Of a stretch of 64,000 nt of DNA, positions 50,409 through 63,126 are shown one piece after another. The position numbers were made by a program, and so were the translations under genes. Where the stretch lies: positions 201,004,001 through 201,068,000 of the forward strand of contig NC_042997.1 of assembly GCF_006345805.1 (NCBI RefSeq), written 5' to 3'. Below the pieces are notes generated by a model. That model had not been told where the DNA came from and ran no database searches. It saw only the letters and a program-made list of their open reading frames with translations. This DNA is from Octopus sinensis (lineage: Eukaryota). Each line of letters begins with the position of its first letter. Within the stretch, counting starts at the first letter, position 1.

Positions 50409-51668
50409 CAGGGGCTGGACAAAATAATGGAAACACCTAGCATCATAGCATCATAATTTTAAAGTATCTATAAAATCGTCAAAAGCTTGTTTGTTTTATG
50501 ATTTTTGATTTATTATTAGGGTTGCTTTATATGTTTTGCTAAAATTGCTGTTTCTTTTCAGATACCATCAGAAAAAGGTAATTAAAATTCATTAAAATGA
50601 TAGATCTAGCGGGCTTTCAAAGAGGTCAAATTGTTGATGTTTGTATGGTAGATGCTAGTGTAATGAAAACAGCCAAAATGTTTTGTGTATCAAGAAGTAC
50701 TGTCTCGAAATTAATGACAGCCCTTGAGAAAGAGAGAAAAACCTCCTTCTCGAAACAAAACTCTGGAAGAAAACCAAAACTTTTAGATAGGGACCGTCGG
50801 ACTCTTACATCAATTTTTAGAAAGGATTACAAAAGTACAGCTCCCAAAATTACTGCAGAGCTTAATGACCACCTCAAGAACCCAGTTTCCACAAAAACTG
50901 TTCGCCAGGAGGTGCACAAAGTCGAATTTCACTGGAGGGCTGCAATCAGAAAACCACTACTTTCAACAACAAATGGTGCAAAGCATTTAGAATAGAGTAA
51001 AAACCTACAGAATTGGTTGCTAGAGCAATGGAAGAATGTTATTTTCTCGAACAAGTCATCCTTTACCTTATTTCCAAACACTGGCTGAATATACATGTGG
51101 AGACAACCAAAAGAAGCATTTGGCCCAAATTACCTTCTTCCAACTGTTACACATGGACAAGGATCGGTGAAGATCTGGGTGGGGGGGGGGCTATATCTTG
51201 GAAATCCATGGCACAATTAATAGTCATGACTATTTAAGCATTTTATCTGATCAAATTAATCCTATGGTTGTGGAACTGTTTCCGGAGGGAAATGCAGTCT
51301 TTCAGAATGATAATGCACCAATTCACACAGCTAAAGTTGTTACTGAATGGCACAAGGAACATTCTAGTGAAGTTGAACATCTTATCTGGCCACCGCAGTC
51401 CCCAGATCCCAATATCATTGAACATTTATGGTGCATTTTAGAAAAACAAGTAAGGAGTTAATATCCTCCACCATCATCACTACAAGAACTGGAGACTGTT
51501 TTAGCCGAAGAATGGACAAAAATTCTTTTGGAAACAATTCAAACTTTGTATGAGTCCATACCTCATAGAATTCAAGCTGTAATTACTGCCAAAGGCAGTC
51601 CTACCCCATAGTAGAATAAATTTGTTTCAAATTTTAAGGTGTTTTCCATTGTTTTGTCCCCCCCCCTG
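50409..51668 (+). mobile_element. Full-length Tc1/mariner transposon (1260 bp) with DD36E spacing (Incomer-like)
   Basis: TA-cagggg(ct)ggacaaaataatggaaacacct ... aggtgttttccattgttttgtcccccccccctg-TA: ~30-bp TIRs with TA TSD. Confidence 0.92.
50597..51613 (+). pseudogene. Inactivated Tc1-family transposase, 36 residues between the second D and E
   Basis: MIDLAGFQRGQIV..., WKNVIFSNKSSF (first D mutated to N), FQNDNAPIHTAKVVTEWHKEHSSEVEHLIWPPQSPDPNIIEHLW; stops at 50993 and 51459 plus a frameshift. Confidence 0.9.
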
Positions 51669-52085
51669 TATATATATATATATATTATATATATATATAT
51701 ATGTAGTCACTACAGGAAGATACTAACCTCTTATAGGGATGGTTTCATCCAAAATACACTGGTTTAATATATCATATTGTTTGAGAAATATCTCTTCAAT
51801 ATAAAAATAGGTGTATTATAAATATCAAATATTATTAAGTAAGAAAATGGAGAGGTTTAATGGATATAAATTAATTTATTAACATTTTTAATAATACCTA
51901 CAATTGTTTCAATTCACACTCAATATAAATTACAAACCTAGAGAATAAAATAAGTTTACATTTTGAATATTTAGAGTAAAATATATCCAGGACCAATAGA
52001 CATTAAGGAAACTACATGTTGATCAATTGAGATTCTCCAACAGACTAAGTGGATGAAAATATGTTTTTATTCGTGTGTGTGTGTA

Positions 52086-52480
52086 TTACTCTTTTACTCC
52101 TTTACTTGTTTCAGTCATTTGACTGTGGCCATGCTGGAGCACCACCTTTAGTCGAGCAAATCAACCCCAGGACGTATTCTTTGTAACCCTAGTACTTATT
52201 CTATTGGTCTCTTTTGCCAAACTGCTAAGTTACGGGGACGTAAACACACCAGCATCGGTTGTCAAGCAATGTTGAGGGTACAAACACATACACACAAACA
52301 CATACACACACACATATATATGACGGGCTTCTTTTCAGTTTCCGTCAATCAAATCCACTCACAAGGCTTTGGTTGGCCCGAAGCTATAGTCGAAGACACT
52401 TGCCCAAGGTGCCACACAGTGGGACTGAACCTGGAACCATGTGGTTGGTAAGCAAGCTACTTACCACACAGTCACTCCTA
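52086..52480 (-). mobile_element. SINE family A, full length
   Basis: Tail to head present; a second head fragment follows at ~52505-52660. Confidence 0.92.
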
Positions 52481-53059
52481 CAACAATTTTAGCACACATA
52501 TAGATGATCTTCTTTCAGTTTCCATCTCCCAAATTCACTCATTAGTCTTTGGCCAGCCTGAAGCTATGGACAAACACACTTGCCCAAGGGGCAGCTGAAT
52601 GGGACTGAACCCAAGACCCCATGGTTGAAAGCACACTTCTTAACCACACAGCCATGCCTGAATGAACAATTTTCCAGATAAAAGATTGGCTGTCTTATAC
52701 CGCCTACTCTTGATGAGTTCTTGCAGCAACCATTAGTCAGATTATCAGAGCAATTACCAGCAAAATGTCTAGCTCACACTTGTCAAATATCTTTTAGTTT
52801 TTCTGTCTGCAGGGAATTTAAAGAACTTATTTCCATTTCACTTTTTCTTTTATGTTTTTCCAGAAGAATTTTCCCCAGTCTCAAGAGCCTTTCACACTGT
52901 GTGAGAACATCAAACATAATTAGACAAACTGATATGAAAATTGCATTTCCTTATAAGCAATTTTTATATCTGGCCGTATACAATAAATTGGAATTGACTT
53001 TTCATATATTGCTGGTTGATATCTATTTCTTGATCATTGTTAATATTATTATTATTATT

Positions 53060-54153
53060 GAGGCAACGAGCTGGCAGAAACATTAGCATGCCAGGCGAAA
53101 TGCTTAGCGGTATTTCATCTGCCACTAAGTTCTGAGTTCCAATTCCGCCGAGGTCGACTTTGCCTTTCATCCTTTCGGGGTCGATTAAATAAGTACCAGT
53201 TGTACACTGGGGTCGATATAATCGACTTAATCCCTTTGTCTGTCCTTGTTTGTCCTCTCTGTGTTTAGCCCCTTGTGGGTAGTAAAGAAATAGGTATTTT
53301 GTCTGTCTTTACATTCTGAGTTCAAATTCCGCCAAGGTCAACATTGCCTTTCATCCTTTCGGGGTCAATAAATTAAGTACCAGTTGCATACTGGGGTCGA
53401 TCTAATCGACTGGCCCCCTCTCCCCAAGAATTTCGGGCTTTCTGCCTAGAGTAGAAAAGAATATTTTGGTAACTTCAAGGTGGCGAGCTGGCAGAAGCAT
53501 TAGCATGCCAGGCAAAATGCTTAGATGTATTTTGTCTGTCTTTACATTCTGAGATCAAATTCTGCCGAGGTTGACTTTGCCTTTCATCCTTTTGGGGTCA
53601 ATAAATTAAGTACCAGTTGCATACTGGGGTCGATCTAATCGACTGGCCCCCTCTCCCCAAGAATTTCGGGCTTTCTGCCTAGAGTAGAAAAGAATATTTT
53701 GGTAACTTCAAGGTGGCGAGCTGGCAGAAGCATTAGCATGCCAGGCAAAATGCTTAGATGTATTTTGTCTGTCTTTACATTCTGAGATCAAATTCTGCCG
53801 AGGTTGACTTTGCCTTTCATCCTTTTGGGGTCAATAAATTAAGTACCAGTTGCATACTGGGGTCGATCAAATCGACTGGCCCCACCCCAAGAATTTCGGA
53901 CTTTGTGCCTAGAGTAGAAAAGAATATTTTGGTAACTTCAAGGTGGCGAGCTGGCAGAAGCATTAGCATGCCAGGCAAAATGCTTAGATGTATTTTGTCT
54001 GTCTTTACATTCTGAGATCAAATTCTGCCGAGGTTGACTTTGCCTTCATCCTTTTGGGGTCAATAAATTAAGTACCAGTTGCATACTGGGGTCGATCTAA
54101 TCGACTGGCCCCCTCTCCCCAAGAATTTCGGGCTTTCTGCCTAGAGTAGAAAA
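53060..54153 (+). repeat. Head-to-tail tandem array of SINE family B (~4.8 units; period 233/230 bp for the last three)
   Basis: Units begin aaggtggcgagctggcagaagc at 53477, 53710 and 53940; the spacer aatattttggtaacttc is repeated. Confidence 0.92.
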
Positions 54154-54194
54154 GATTATTATTATTATTATTATTATTATCAATAATATCAATA

Positions 54195-54615
54195 GGCGCA
54201 GGAGTGGCTGTGTGGTAAGTAGCTTGCTAACCAACCACATGGTTCCGGGTTCAGTCCCACTGCGTGGCATTTTGGGCAAGTGTCTTCTGCTATAGCCCCG
54301 GGCCGACCAATGCCTTGTGAGTGGATTTGGTAGACGGAAACTGAAAAGAAGCCCGTCGTATATATGTATATATATATATATATGCATGTGTGTGTGTTTG
54401 TGTGTCTGTGTTTGTCCCCCTAGCATTGCTTGACAACCGATGCTGGTGTGTTTACATCCCCGTCACTTAGTGGTTCGGCAAAAGAGACCGATAGAATAAG
54501 TACTGGGCTTACAAAGAATAAGTCCCGGGGTCGATTTGCTCGACTAAAAGGTGGTGCTCCAGCATGGCCGCAGTCAAATGACTGAAACAAGTAAAAGAGT
54601 AAAAGAGTAAAGAGT
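54195..54615 (+). mobile_element. SINE family A, cleanest full-length copy
   Basis: ggcgcaggagTGGCTGTGTGGtaagtagc...GGGTTCAGTCCC (A/B-box-like), internal (TA)(TG) tract, (AAAGAGT)n tail. Confidence 0.93.
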
Positions 54616-54821
54616 AAAGTTGGCAAGCTGGCAGATTTGTTACCACGCCAGACAAAATGGCATTTCTTCTGACTCTATGTTCTGAGTTCAAATACCACCA
54701 AGGTTGACTTTGCCTTTCTTCTTTCTAGGATCAAGAAAATGAGCATCAGTTGAGCACTGGGTTGATGTAATCGATTTAGTCCCTGTCATGAAATTGCTCA
54801 CCCTGTGCCAAAATTTGAAAC

Positions 54822-54877
<56 letters not shown>

Positions 54878-55459
54878 CCACTATCATCTTATCCTCTAAT
54901 TCTTCATTGAAAACCTGAACAATTTCGCAATGATCATTTCCATCATTTTAATGCCACCTGTTCCACGTCTGCATGGATCAGGCAAGATCTCATTGAAATA
55001 GAATTTTCCATGGTGACCAGATGCTTATCCATTTTCAAACAAGATCATAATTCCCCCCACTCTATTCAACAAAGAACAGCATGGACATGCTTTCGCAGAA
55101 GACTACAAAGAATCATTACTGATTATATGAATGATAATGTTCTTCCTTACATTCTGTGTACACATGTCAAGGTAGCTCCAGGAGAGTGGACCAGCTCTTG
55201 AAGTAGATTGCAAACAAATGGCAACGTTTATGGAAACAAGGAAGCGTTATTTCCAGTTAGCATACACATGTCAAGTCAATGGCAATACATCCTGACTTAC
55301 ACAAACATGTACACACAGATATACACATGCACACACGTACAATGGGCTCCTTTGACTTTCCATTTATCAAATTTCACTCACAAGGGGTTTGTCAGCTCAT
55401 GGCTGTAGTGGAAGACACCAGCTGAGGGTGTTGATGCAGTGGGATTGAATCTCCAAAAC

Positions 55460-55683
55460 CAGAGGTTCTCAACCTTTTTAATATCCAGGGTCAGATCCAA
55501 AACCTGGATTTTTTAAGGACCACACCAAAAAAACTCCAAAAAATCTCACAAGTCAATTAACTAAAAAATTTAGTATATTTATAGTGGGAAGACCGTAAGG
55601 GCCACCAGTAGGATGCTTGAGGGCCACCAGAAGGGTGCTTGAAGGATGCATGCAGCTCTGGGAGCTGTGTTTCAGAACTACTG
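55460..55683. mobile_element. hAT-type MITE
   Basis: cagaggttctcaacc / tttcagaactactg termini; 8-bp flanks tccaaaac / cctaaaat match at 5 of 8 positions; internal 22-bp tandem. Confidence 0.55.
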
Positions 55684-57787
55684 CCTAAAATGTATAGCAG
55701 AGAAGTGAACTTCTTAATTGCATGTTATCATATTTGCACCTGTTTTCCAATATACATTGTGAACAGTATTAAACTAATTTCAAAGAACCATATAATTGAT
55801 ATACACATGTCCTATTTCCAAAATATACATTCATCACTCACTTGGATTTTTAAAACATATTTAATGTAAACATATTCTGAGAGGAGAAGGAACCAAGAGA
55901 TTTCATTTTTGGAATTGAATTAATCTTTAATATCTGTAGAAATTCTATTCTCATTACTACAAAGCATTTCTGAGATACATGTTTGCACAAACTAAACCTT
56001 TGAAGATATCAATTATATCACCACAACTAAACAAAGAATAAGTTCTGTAAACAACCTATACAAGAATAACATCAGAACCAGATTGGCAAACAGTGGGAAT
56101 GAATACAGATTCTGGAAAGCTGGTTGTCATTAATTTATTACATGTTTAGGTTGCGGTGGATAAAGTTTGGTTCATTTCAGGCAGGATCCTAAAATTTTTA
56201 TTTATCAGACAGATATCATCTGATATCTATTGATATTCATATAATATTGGTCTTCCCTTCATCTAAAATATCCAAGTCATACATCAGTAGTTGTTAAAAT
56301 ATTGCAAGAAACTTCTGTTTTTTATTATTTTTCACTGAATACCATATTTTTCAGCATAAAATGAACCCCTATTTTACAATTATGATTTGCAGAAAAAAAA
56401 GAGTTAAAAAAACTACATTATGGGATCACCATATCCCAGTTTTATGTTCTTTCAGGTTAAATATGTAATTCTTAATATTTTGTGGCAAGCAAAAGTGTCA
56501 GGCTCAGAATCATAAGCATCCTCAGAAAAATGCTTAGTGGCATTTTGTCTGATTTTGGTTTTAAGTTCAAATTCCGCTGAAGTCAGCTTTGCCTTACCTC
56601 CTTTCAGTGTTGAAAAAATAAGTAACAGTTATGCACTGGGGACCAATGTAATCTATTTTCTCCCCTCCTCCTGAAATTGGTGGCCTTGTGCCAAAATATG
56701 AAACCGATATTTTGATCATAGGGATTATGATACATATGAAATTCATATTTCTGGTTATGATATTTTATGTAACAACAATCAAATAACAGGGTGGCACACC
56801 ACTGCTATGATTTTGTTGTCATCCACTCATTGCATATAACTGACAGTCTTTCTAGAAGAATTTCCATTTAAATAATGAATGTTTCCTAAAGATAAGACAG
56901 TCATTAAACAACATAAAATATGTGTCTGTGCTGTGGAAGGAGACAAAGGGACATGTCGTACCTTTCAAATTTACCTGCCAACATATCATAGGCAGTTGTT
57001 CATTTGTTTGGATTTGTTTGTGATATTTTGAGTTGTCAGCCATGTCCTATTATCAGTACCAATTACTGTGCCTGGTGGACTTAGGCTTATCTGCCTCGCT
57101 AACATACAACCCTTGGTCTCCAATGCATAACATAGCCACTTTAAATGCAGCACAAGTTTTTGATATCTTCTATTTTCTTTTGTTCCCTTCTGTCAGTCAT
57201 TAGACTGTGGCCATGCTGGGGCACAACTTTAAAGAATATATGGTCCATTAAATTAAATCCAGTACTTATTTTTTTTTTAAAGCCTGGCACTTATTTTATC
57301 GGACTCTTTTGCTGAACTGCTAAGTCACATGGGTGTAAACACACCAACACCAGTTGTTGAGTGGTGGGTGGTGAGACACACAGACACAAAACATACTCAC
57401 ATAGATATATATATATAGCCTGTCATCATCATCATTATCATCATCATTTAAAGGGCATTAAATGATGATGATGATGGTGGTGATGATGATGATGATGATG
57501 ACGATGGGCTTCTTTCAGTTTCCATCTACCAAATCTCCTCACAAGGATCAGTCTGAGGCTATGGTAGAAGACACTTGCTTAAGGAACTGAACCCGGAGCC
57601 ATGTGATTGAAAAACTTTCCTTTTCAAAATTAATATCTATTTCATCATTCTGAAAAAGCTCCAAGAAATTTGATGAAAGTTAAATTGTAATTATCATGTT
57701 GTATCTTGGGAGGGTCATTGCACCAATAGCAATAAATACAAGCACTGGCCCAGTATCAGAAACGAAGTATAATTATTGCATGTATGC

Positions 57788-58727
57788 TCGCAAGGAATGG
57801 AGCCATTATGCTCCGATGGATATGTAATGTCAGTATGCATACTTGACAGAGTGTAAGTACCTTGAAAGAAAAGTTGGACCTAAGAAGCATCAGATGTGGT
57901 GTGCAAGAGAGACAACTGCACTGGTATGGCCATGTGACGAGAATGAATGAGGATAGCTGTGTGAAAAAGTGCCACACCCAGCGGCTGAGAGAACCTGTGG
58001 AAGAGTTAGACCCAGGAAGACCTGGGATGAGGTGGTGAAGTGTGACCTTCGAACATTGGGCCTCACCGAGGCAATGACTAGTGACCGGGACCTTTGGAAA
58101 TATGTTGTGCTTGAGAAGACCCAGAAAGGCAAGTGAGACCATAACCTCGTGGCCTATGCCAGAGGTGTAACCTGCCCACTTATGCGTACCTTTCCTTCAT
58201 TGGACACTAAACTCTGCTTGCGAACACCTGTTGAGGCAAGTGAAATCGAAATTGAAATCAAATTTGATGACTGGCATCTGTGCTAGTGGAGCGCTAGGAG
58301 CACAATCCGAGTGTGATTGTTGCCAAAGCAACAAACTGGCTTCCATGCCGGTGTCAAATAAAAAGCACCATTTGAGCATGATTATTACTTGTGTCACCTT
58401 ACTAGCACTTGTGCTGTGGCACGTGAAAATACATTCGAGCTAGGTCATTGCCAGTGCCGCTGGACTGGCTCCTGTGCAGGTGGCACATAAAAAGCAACAT
58501 TCGAGCCATTGCCAGAACTGCCTAACTGGCCCTCATGCCAGTGGCATGTAAAAACACCCACTAGACTCTCGGAATGGTTGGCATTAGGAAGGGCATCCAG
58601 CTGTAGAAACTCTGCCAGATCAGATTGGAGCTTGGTGCAGCCTTCTGGTTCGCCAGACCTCAGTGAAATTGTCCAACCCATGCTAGCATGGAAAGCGGAC
58701 GTTAAATGATGATGATGATGATGATGT
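57788..58727 (+). mobile_element. 5'-truncated RTE LINE: ORF2 C-terminus, complete 3'UTR and (GAT)n tail
   Basis: RNGAIMLRWICNVSMHT*QSVSTLKEKLDLRSIRCGVQERQLHWYGHVTRMNEDSCVKKC...RPRKTWDEVVKCDLRTLGLTEAMTSDRDLWKY, contiguous with the abundant 3'UTR family; this links that family to RTE. Confidence 0.92.
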
Positions 58728-59810
58728 ATGGCATGCTTTTTTTTGTTATCATTCTTTGTGGCCAAAGTTTACTTCCAAAGTTACCTGTCTGTCATATAAC
58801 AGGCAGGCCTTAGTGTAGTTGGAATAATATTTTTGGATTTTAACTTTGTTACATCTGTTGTGCTGTAGAAAACTAGCAAAGGCCAAATCAGAATTTTAGA
58901 TTTTACCAAAATAATCTCTATTTTTAAGAATATTGCATTATATGCATTGATTGAAGAACGCATTTTTAACTCCATAGAGAAATTATTAGAAAAGAGTGCT
59001 GATATAAATTAAATACTAAATTTAAACAACCATTATTTACAAAATGTAGATAAAGGTCCTATATTAGAAACAGGCAAAATTAAATATTTGTAAATTCCAA
59101 GTTGGAAAATTTTTCAATGAAATCCTTCCAGTATATTAATAAATAAGAAAATATTTAGTCTATTCAAACTCTGATTAATCTCTCTCTATTTTTTCTTGAA
59201 TTTCACCTATTTTTCTGGATTTGATTAAAATGTTTTCTAAATATTTTGCAGATTGTTTGTTACTTAAAGTGTCTTCCATTTATAAAGTTTCTTATTTGAA
59301 TTGAAAATTGAGAAATGAACCTGTTTTTCTGTTTATTGATTCCCATTTCATGAAAAAAAAATCCAATAAAACTAATAAAATGAGATTAATTTTGCATTTT
59401 CTTTCTCTCTGACCCTCTTTGTTTCACTTTCACTTTTTGTTCTAATATTATTTGGTCTTCAAAAGAACATGGAGATATAAACTTTATCTGATCTTTTTGA
59501 CTGAATAAGTCAATGTTGTTCATGTCTACCATGAAATTTAGTTGGTGGTGCACCTGAGAACTGCATACAATAATTTCATTAATATTATTATGATGCAGCT
59601 GGAAACATCTGGACTGGGAAGGAAGTCCAGAGGGAAAGTATTAAGTTGAATGTTTAGAATATAGTTTCAGGATGAGGAACAGGAAGACTGATAAGAGGAG
59701 GGGAAATGTGTGTCAGATGGGCTTGGGATGAAGCAGTAAAAGAAAGACAGTAAAGGAACAATTCATGTGGATTATTAATTGTGCTATTTTTAATGTTGTT
59801 TAGTCCCGGT

Positions 59811-60180
59811 CATCATCATCATCACCATCATCGTTTAACGTCCGTTTTCCATGCTAGCATGGGTTGGACGGTTCGACCGGGGTCTGGGAAGCCAGGAGGC
59901 TGCACCAGGCTCCGGTCTGATCTGGCAGTGTTTCTACAGCTGGATACCCTTCGTAATGCCAACCACTCTGTGAGTGTAGTGGGTGCTTTTTACATGCCAC
60001 CGTCACAGGTGCCAGGCGAGGCTGGCAACGGCCACGAACAGTTGGTGCTTTTTATGTGCCACCGGCACGGAAGCCAGTCAAGGCAGCGCTGGCAACGGCC
60101 ATGTTCAGATGGTGCTTTTTATGTGCTACCGGCACTGGTATCACAACTACAATTTTCATTGATTTTTGATCGATTTTGAT
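59811..60180 (-). mobile_element. RTE 3'UTR copy
   Basis: Homologous to 1584-1930. Confidence 0.9.
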
Positions 60181-60605
60181 TATATTATAATTATAGGCTT
60201 TCCCAGTAAAATCTGCTATCAGAGATGTTTCAGTTGTGACCAACCCGTCTTTGTAAAAATCTAGCATTATAGTATCTGATGCGATTTTCCTTTTAAAAAC
60301 AGGTAGCCTATAACATGAAGGGATTTGGTTGGTATTTCCAGCAGGTCAAACAATCACATAGCGAATTCCTTGTAATATGTTGGCTGGTGAAACTTTGTTA
60401 ATCACTCAGGAAATATGTAAGCAGTACTGTATTACATATTGCATTTATGATTTCTGGATGCATCAAAATCTGTTTGGCTCATTTATTGCAATATTTCTGT
60501 TTAGTATTTAGTGTGTCACATCTATCATGACATAGAAATTTGAATGAAATATTAGATTATTCACATTATTTACATTTGACGGGTATTTGTCCTCATCTTG
60601 TTGTT

Positions 60606-60647
60606 AACACGTTTTGGCTGATATACCCTCCAGCCTTCATCAGGAGT
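60606..60647 (-). ncRNA. Degenerate minimal hammerhead fold in a probable PLE terminus
   Basis: Minus: CTGATGA-A-ggctg(gagggtatat)cagcc-AAAAC-gtgtt; intact CUGAUGA and 5-bp stem II, but G12A and no NUH triplet. Confidence 0.55.
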
Positions 60648-60706
60648 AGTGGGTAAATTTCGAACCTGGGTTCTCATTCCTTAGGTACTTTTCGATGTTG
60701 TTATTA

Positions 60707-60774
<68 letters not shown>

Positions 60775-60794
60775 GTTGTTGTTGTTGTTGTTGC

Positions 60795-61197
60795 CTATGC
60801 ACAGCTTCTAACACTGGAGATGTACTACAGTGTAAGCTGTTCACTACCAGTGAACTAATGTAACACCTCTTATTTTTTGAGCACCTTCTGGACTATTTGA
60901 GTGGTTCCAAGCAGTGCTGTTTTCTGCAAGAGCTCCACCCTTTTTGCAGCTCCTATTTGTTCCACATACTTCTCGAGATTTTTGCTCCCTGTTCCCAGGG
61001 CTCCAACAATTATTGGTACTACTATTACCTTTTTCACCGATCACAACTGCTTAACCTTCCAAGCAAACCTGTCATATCTCTTGACTTTTCTTTCTTCCTT
61101 ATTGCATACCTTGTTGTCAGCTGGGCATGCTATATCTATGATCCAGCATAGTTTGTTTTCTTTCTCAATTAAGACTATGTCCGACTTCCTATTCTCT
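60795..61197 (-). pseudogene. R4/Dong-clade LINE 3' end (restriction-like endonuclease) in a (TAA)n tract
   Basis: ENRKSDIVLIEKENKLCWIIDIACPADNKVCNKEERKVKRYD...VVPIIVGALGTG...LQKTALLGTTQIVQKVLKK*; microsatellite tracts at 60700-60794 and 61198-61265. Confidence 0.9.
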
Positions 61198-61693
61198 ATT
61201 ATTATTATCATTAATATTATTATTATCATTATTATTATTATTATTATTGTTATTATTATTATTATTCATGTCACTGCTTGGAATCGAACTCGGAATCTTG
61301 AGGTTAGTAGACCGCGTTCTTAACCACTATGTCATATGCCCGTGGGCATATATTAGATGTTACCGATGTTGTACTAATTAACCTTTTTGTGACCATATTT
61401 CTGTTGAAATACATTGCACTTCTTTCATTTAGTTTTAAAATAAACGAAAACTTTAGTAATACAATGGCCATTATTAAACTGGTGTTTAAGGAAGTGAGCA
61501 GGCAGAATTGTTAGCATGTTGGGCAAAACGTCTTGTAGTGTTCCATCTGTCCTTTGTATTCTGATCCCAAATTCTGCAAAGGCCGACTTTGCCTTAAATC
61601 CTTTTTGGGTTGATAAAATAAGTACCAGTTATGCACTGGGGAGTCAATGTAATTGATTATCCTTTCCTCCAAAATCTCAAGCCTTGTATCTAT

Positions 61694-61856
61694 AGGTGCA
61701 GGAGTGGCTGTGTAGTAAGTAGCTTGCTTCCCAACCACATGGTTCTGGGTTCAGTCCCACTGCATGGCACCTTGAGCAAGTGTCTTCTACTGTAGCCTTG
61801 GGCCGACCAAGACCTTGTAAGTGGATTTGGTAGATGGAAACTGAAAGAAGCCTGTC

Positions 61857-61887
<31 letters not shown>

Positions 61888-62100
61888 TGTTTATGTGTCG
61901 ATATTGGTCCCTCCACCATCACTTGACAACCGACGTTGGTGTGTTTACATCCCTGTAACTTAGTGGGTTGAAAAATGAGTCTGATAGAATAAGTACAAGG
62001 CTTACAAAAAATAAATCCTGGGGGCGATTTGTTTGACTAAAGTCAGTGCTCCAGCATGGCCACTGTCAAATGACTGAAACGAATAAAAGAATAAAAGAAT
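61694..62100 (+). mobile_element. SINE family A, full length
   Basis: Head, body and tail present. Confidence 0.92.
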
Positions 62101-62113
62101 ATAGTAGAAAGGA

Positions 62114-63126
62114 TTATAACTCCACCTTAGTGAAGGCAGAGGTATTGTTTTCAGTTGTGTTTGTTTGTTTGTTTGTCCATGGACAAGATATCTCAAGAAC
62201 CGCTGGATGGATTCAGATGAAACTTTCAGGGATGTTTGGCCTTGTGACTGGCATGAACTGATTAGATTTTGGGATCGATACGGTACTGGTCAAGGTTTCT
62301 GGATTATTTGTTATATTTACTTTACATGATTACGATCTTATGTTGACTTTCAAGTCTTTCTCAATTATCTCCCTTTAGGCTGTTTCCAAAGTTTTATTTT
62401 TGTTTCTCTATTATTAATTTTACTCGTGTCTCTATCTTAGTAGAAATTGATGGATAAAGAAATCAAACCACACAAACAAATGGCAGCAAAACTATTCAGA
62501 AATTAAATAATACTAACATATTCAGTAACAATAATAAATTTAATTTATCCTCGACGGTTTTTAGTTTTACCAATTTTGAATATATTGCTCCTGTTTAAAA
62601 CCTCTTACCTACTTGACAATTGCATTTCTAGCTCTGCCTTGAAGGAAGCTTTTCTTCTTGGACTCACGTTTTTGTGCACAACAATGTTGTTAAACCTTCG
62701 TTAACAGCATCGTATGTAGGTCCTTTCTGTTTTCTTTCATGCATGGATAAATTTTTTCACTATAGACCTTAATGGTCCTAGAGACACTATATCAGTGAAT
62801 AGACTAAAAGAGGCCTTCATAGAGAAAGTTTCCCTGTTCCCACTGCAGACGACACACACAGCATTACAAACATGGCCTGCACATCCACCTTCACATTCCA
62901 TGACTACCATTAGGATCGATCAGGTACTGGACAAGGATTCTGGATTATTTTTCTGGTTTTTTTAATTTTATTTTTGAGAGTGGGTAGTTTCATTTTAAGT
63001 ATTTGTGTTTGTGAGAGCAGTCCAGTTTATTTCAGATATTCTCATTTTAAAAATCATCTCTGGTTAATCTTTGAGAGGAAGTTGGTGTTGTCTTGGTGGA
63101 GGTTTGCACTCTCTGAGTGCTCTTGC

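Noticed and set aside
54195-54275. Possible tRNA genes (heads of SINE families A-D)
   Set aside because: A/B-box-like motifs are present, but I could not build a full cloverleaf and each head continues into a SINE body.
56712-57000. Faint resemblance to a LINE apurinic endonuclease (EIHISGYDIL...)
   Set aside because: Too degenerate; the diagnostic GDFN and SDH motifs were not found.
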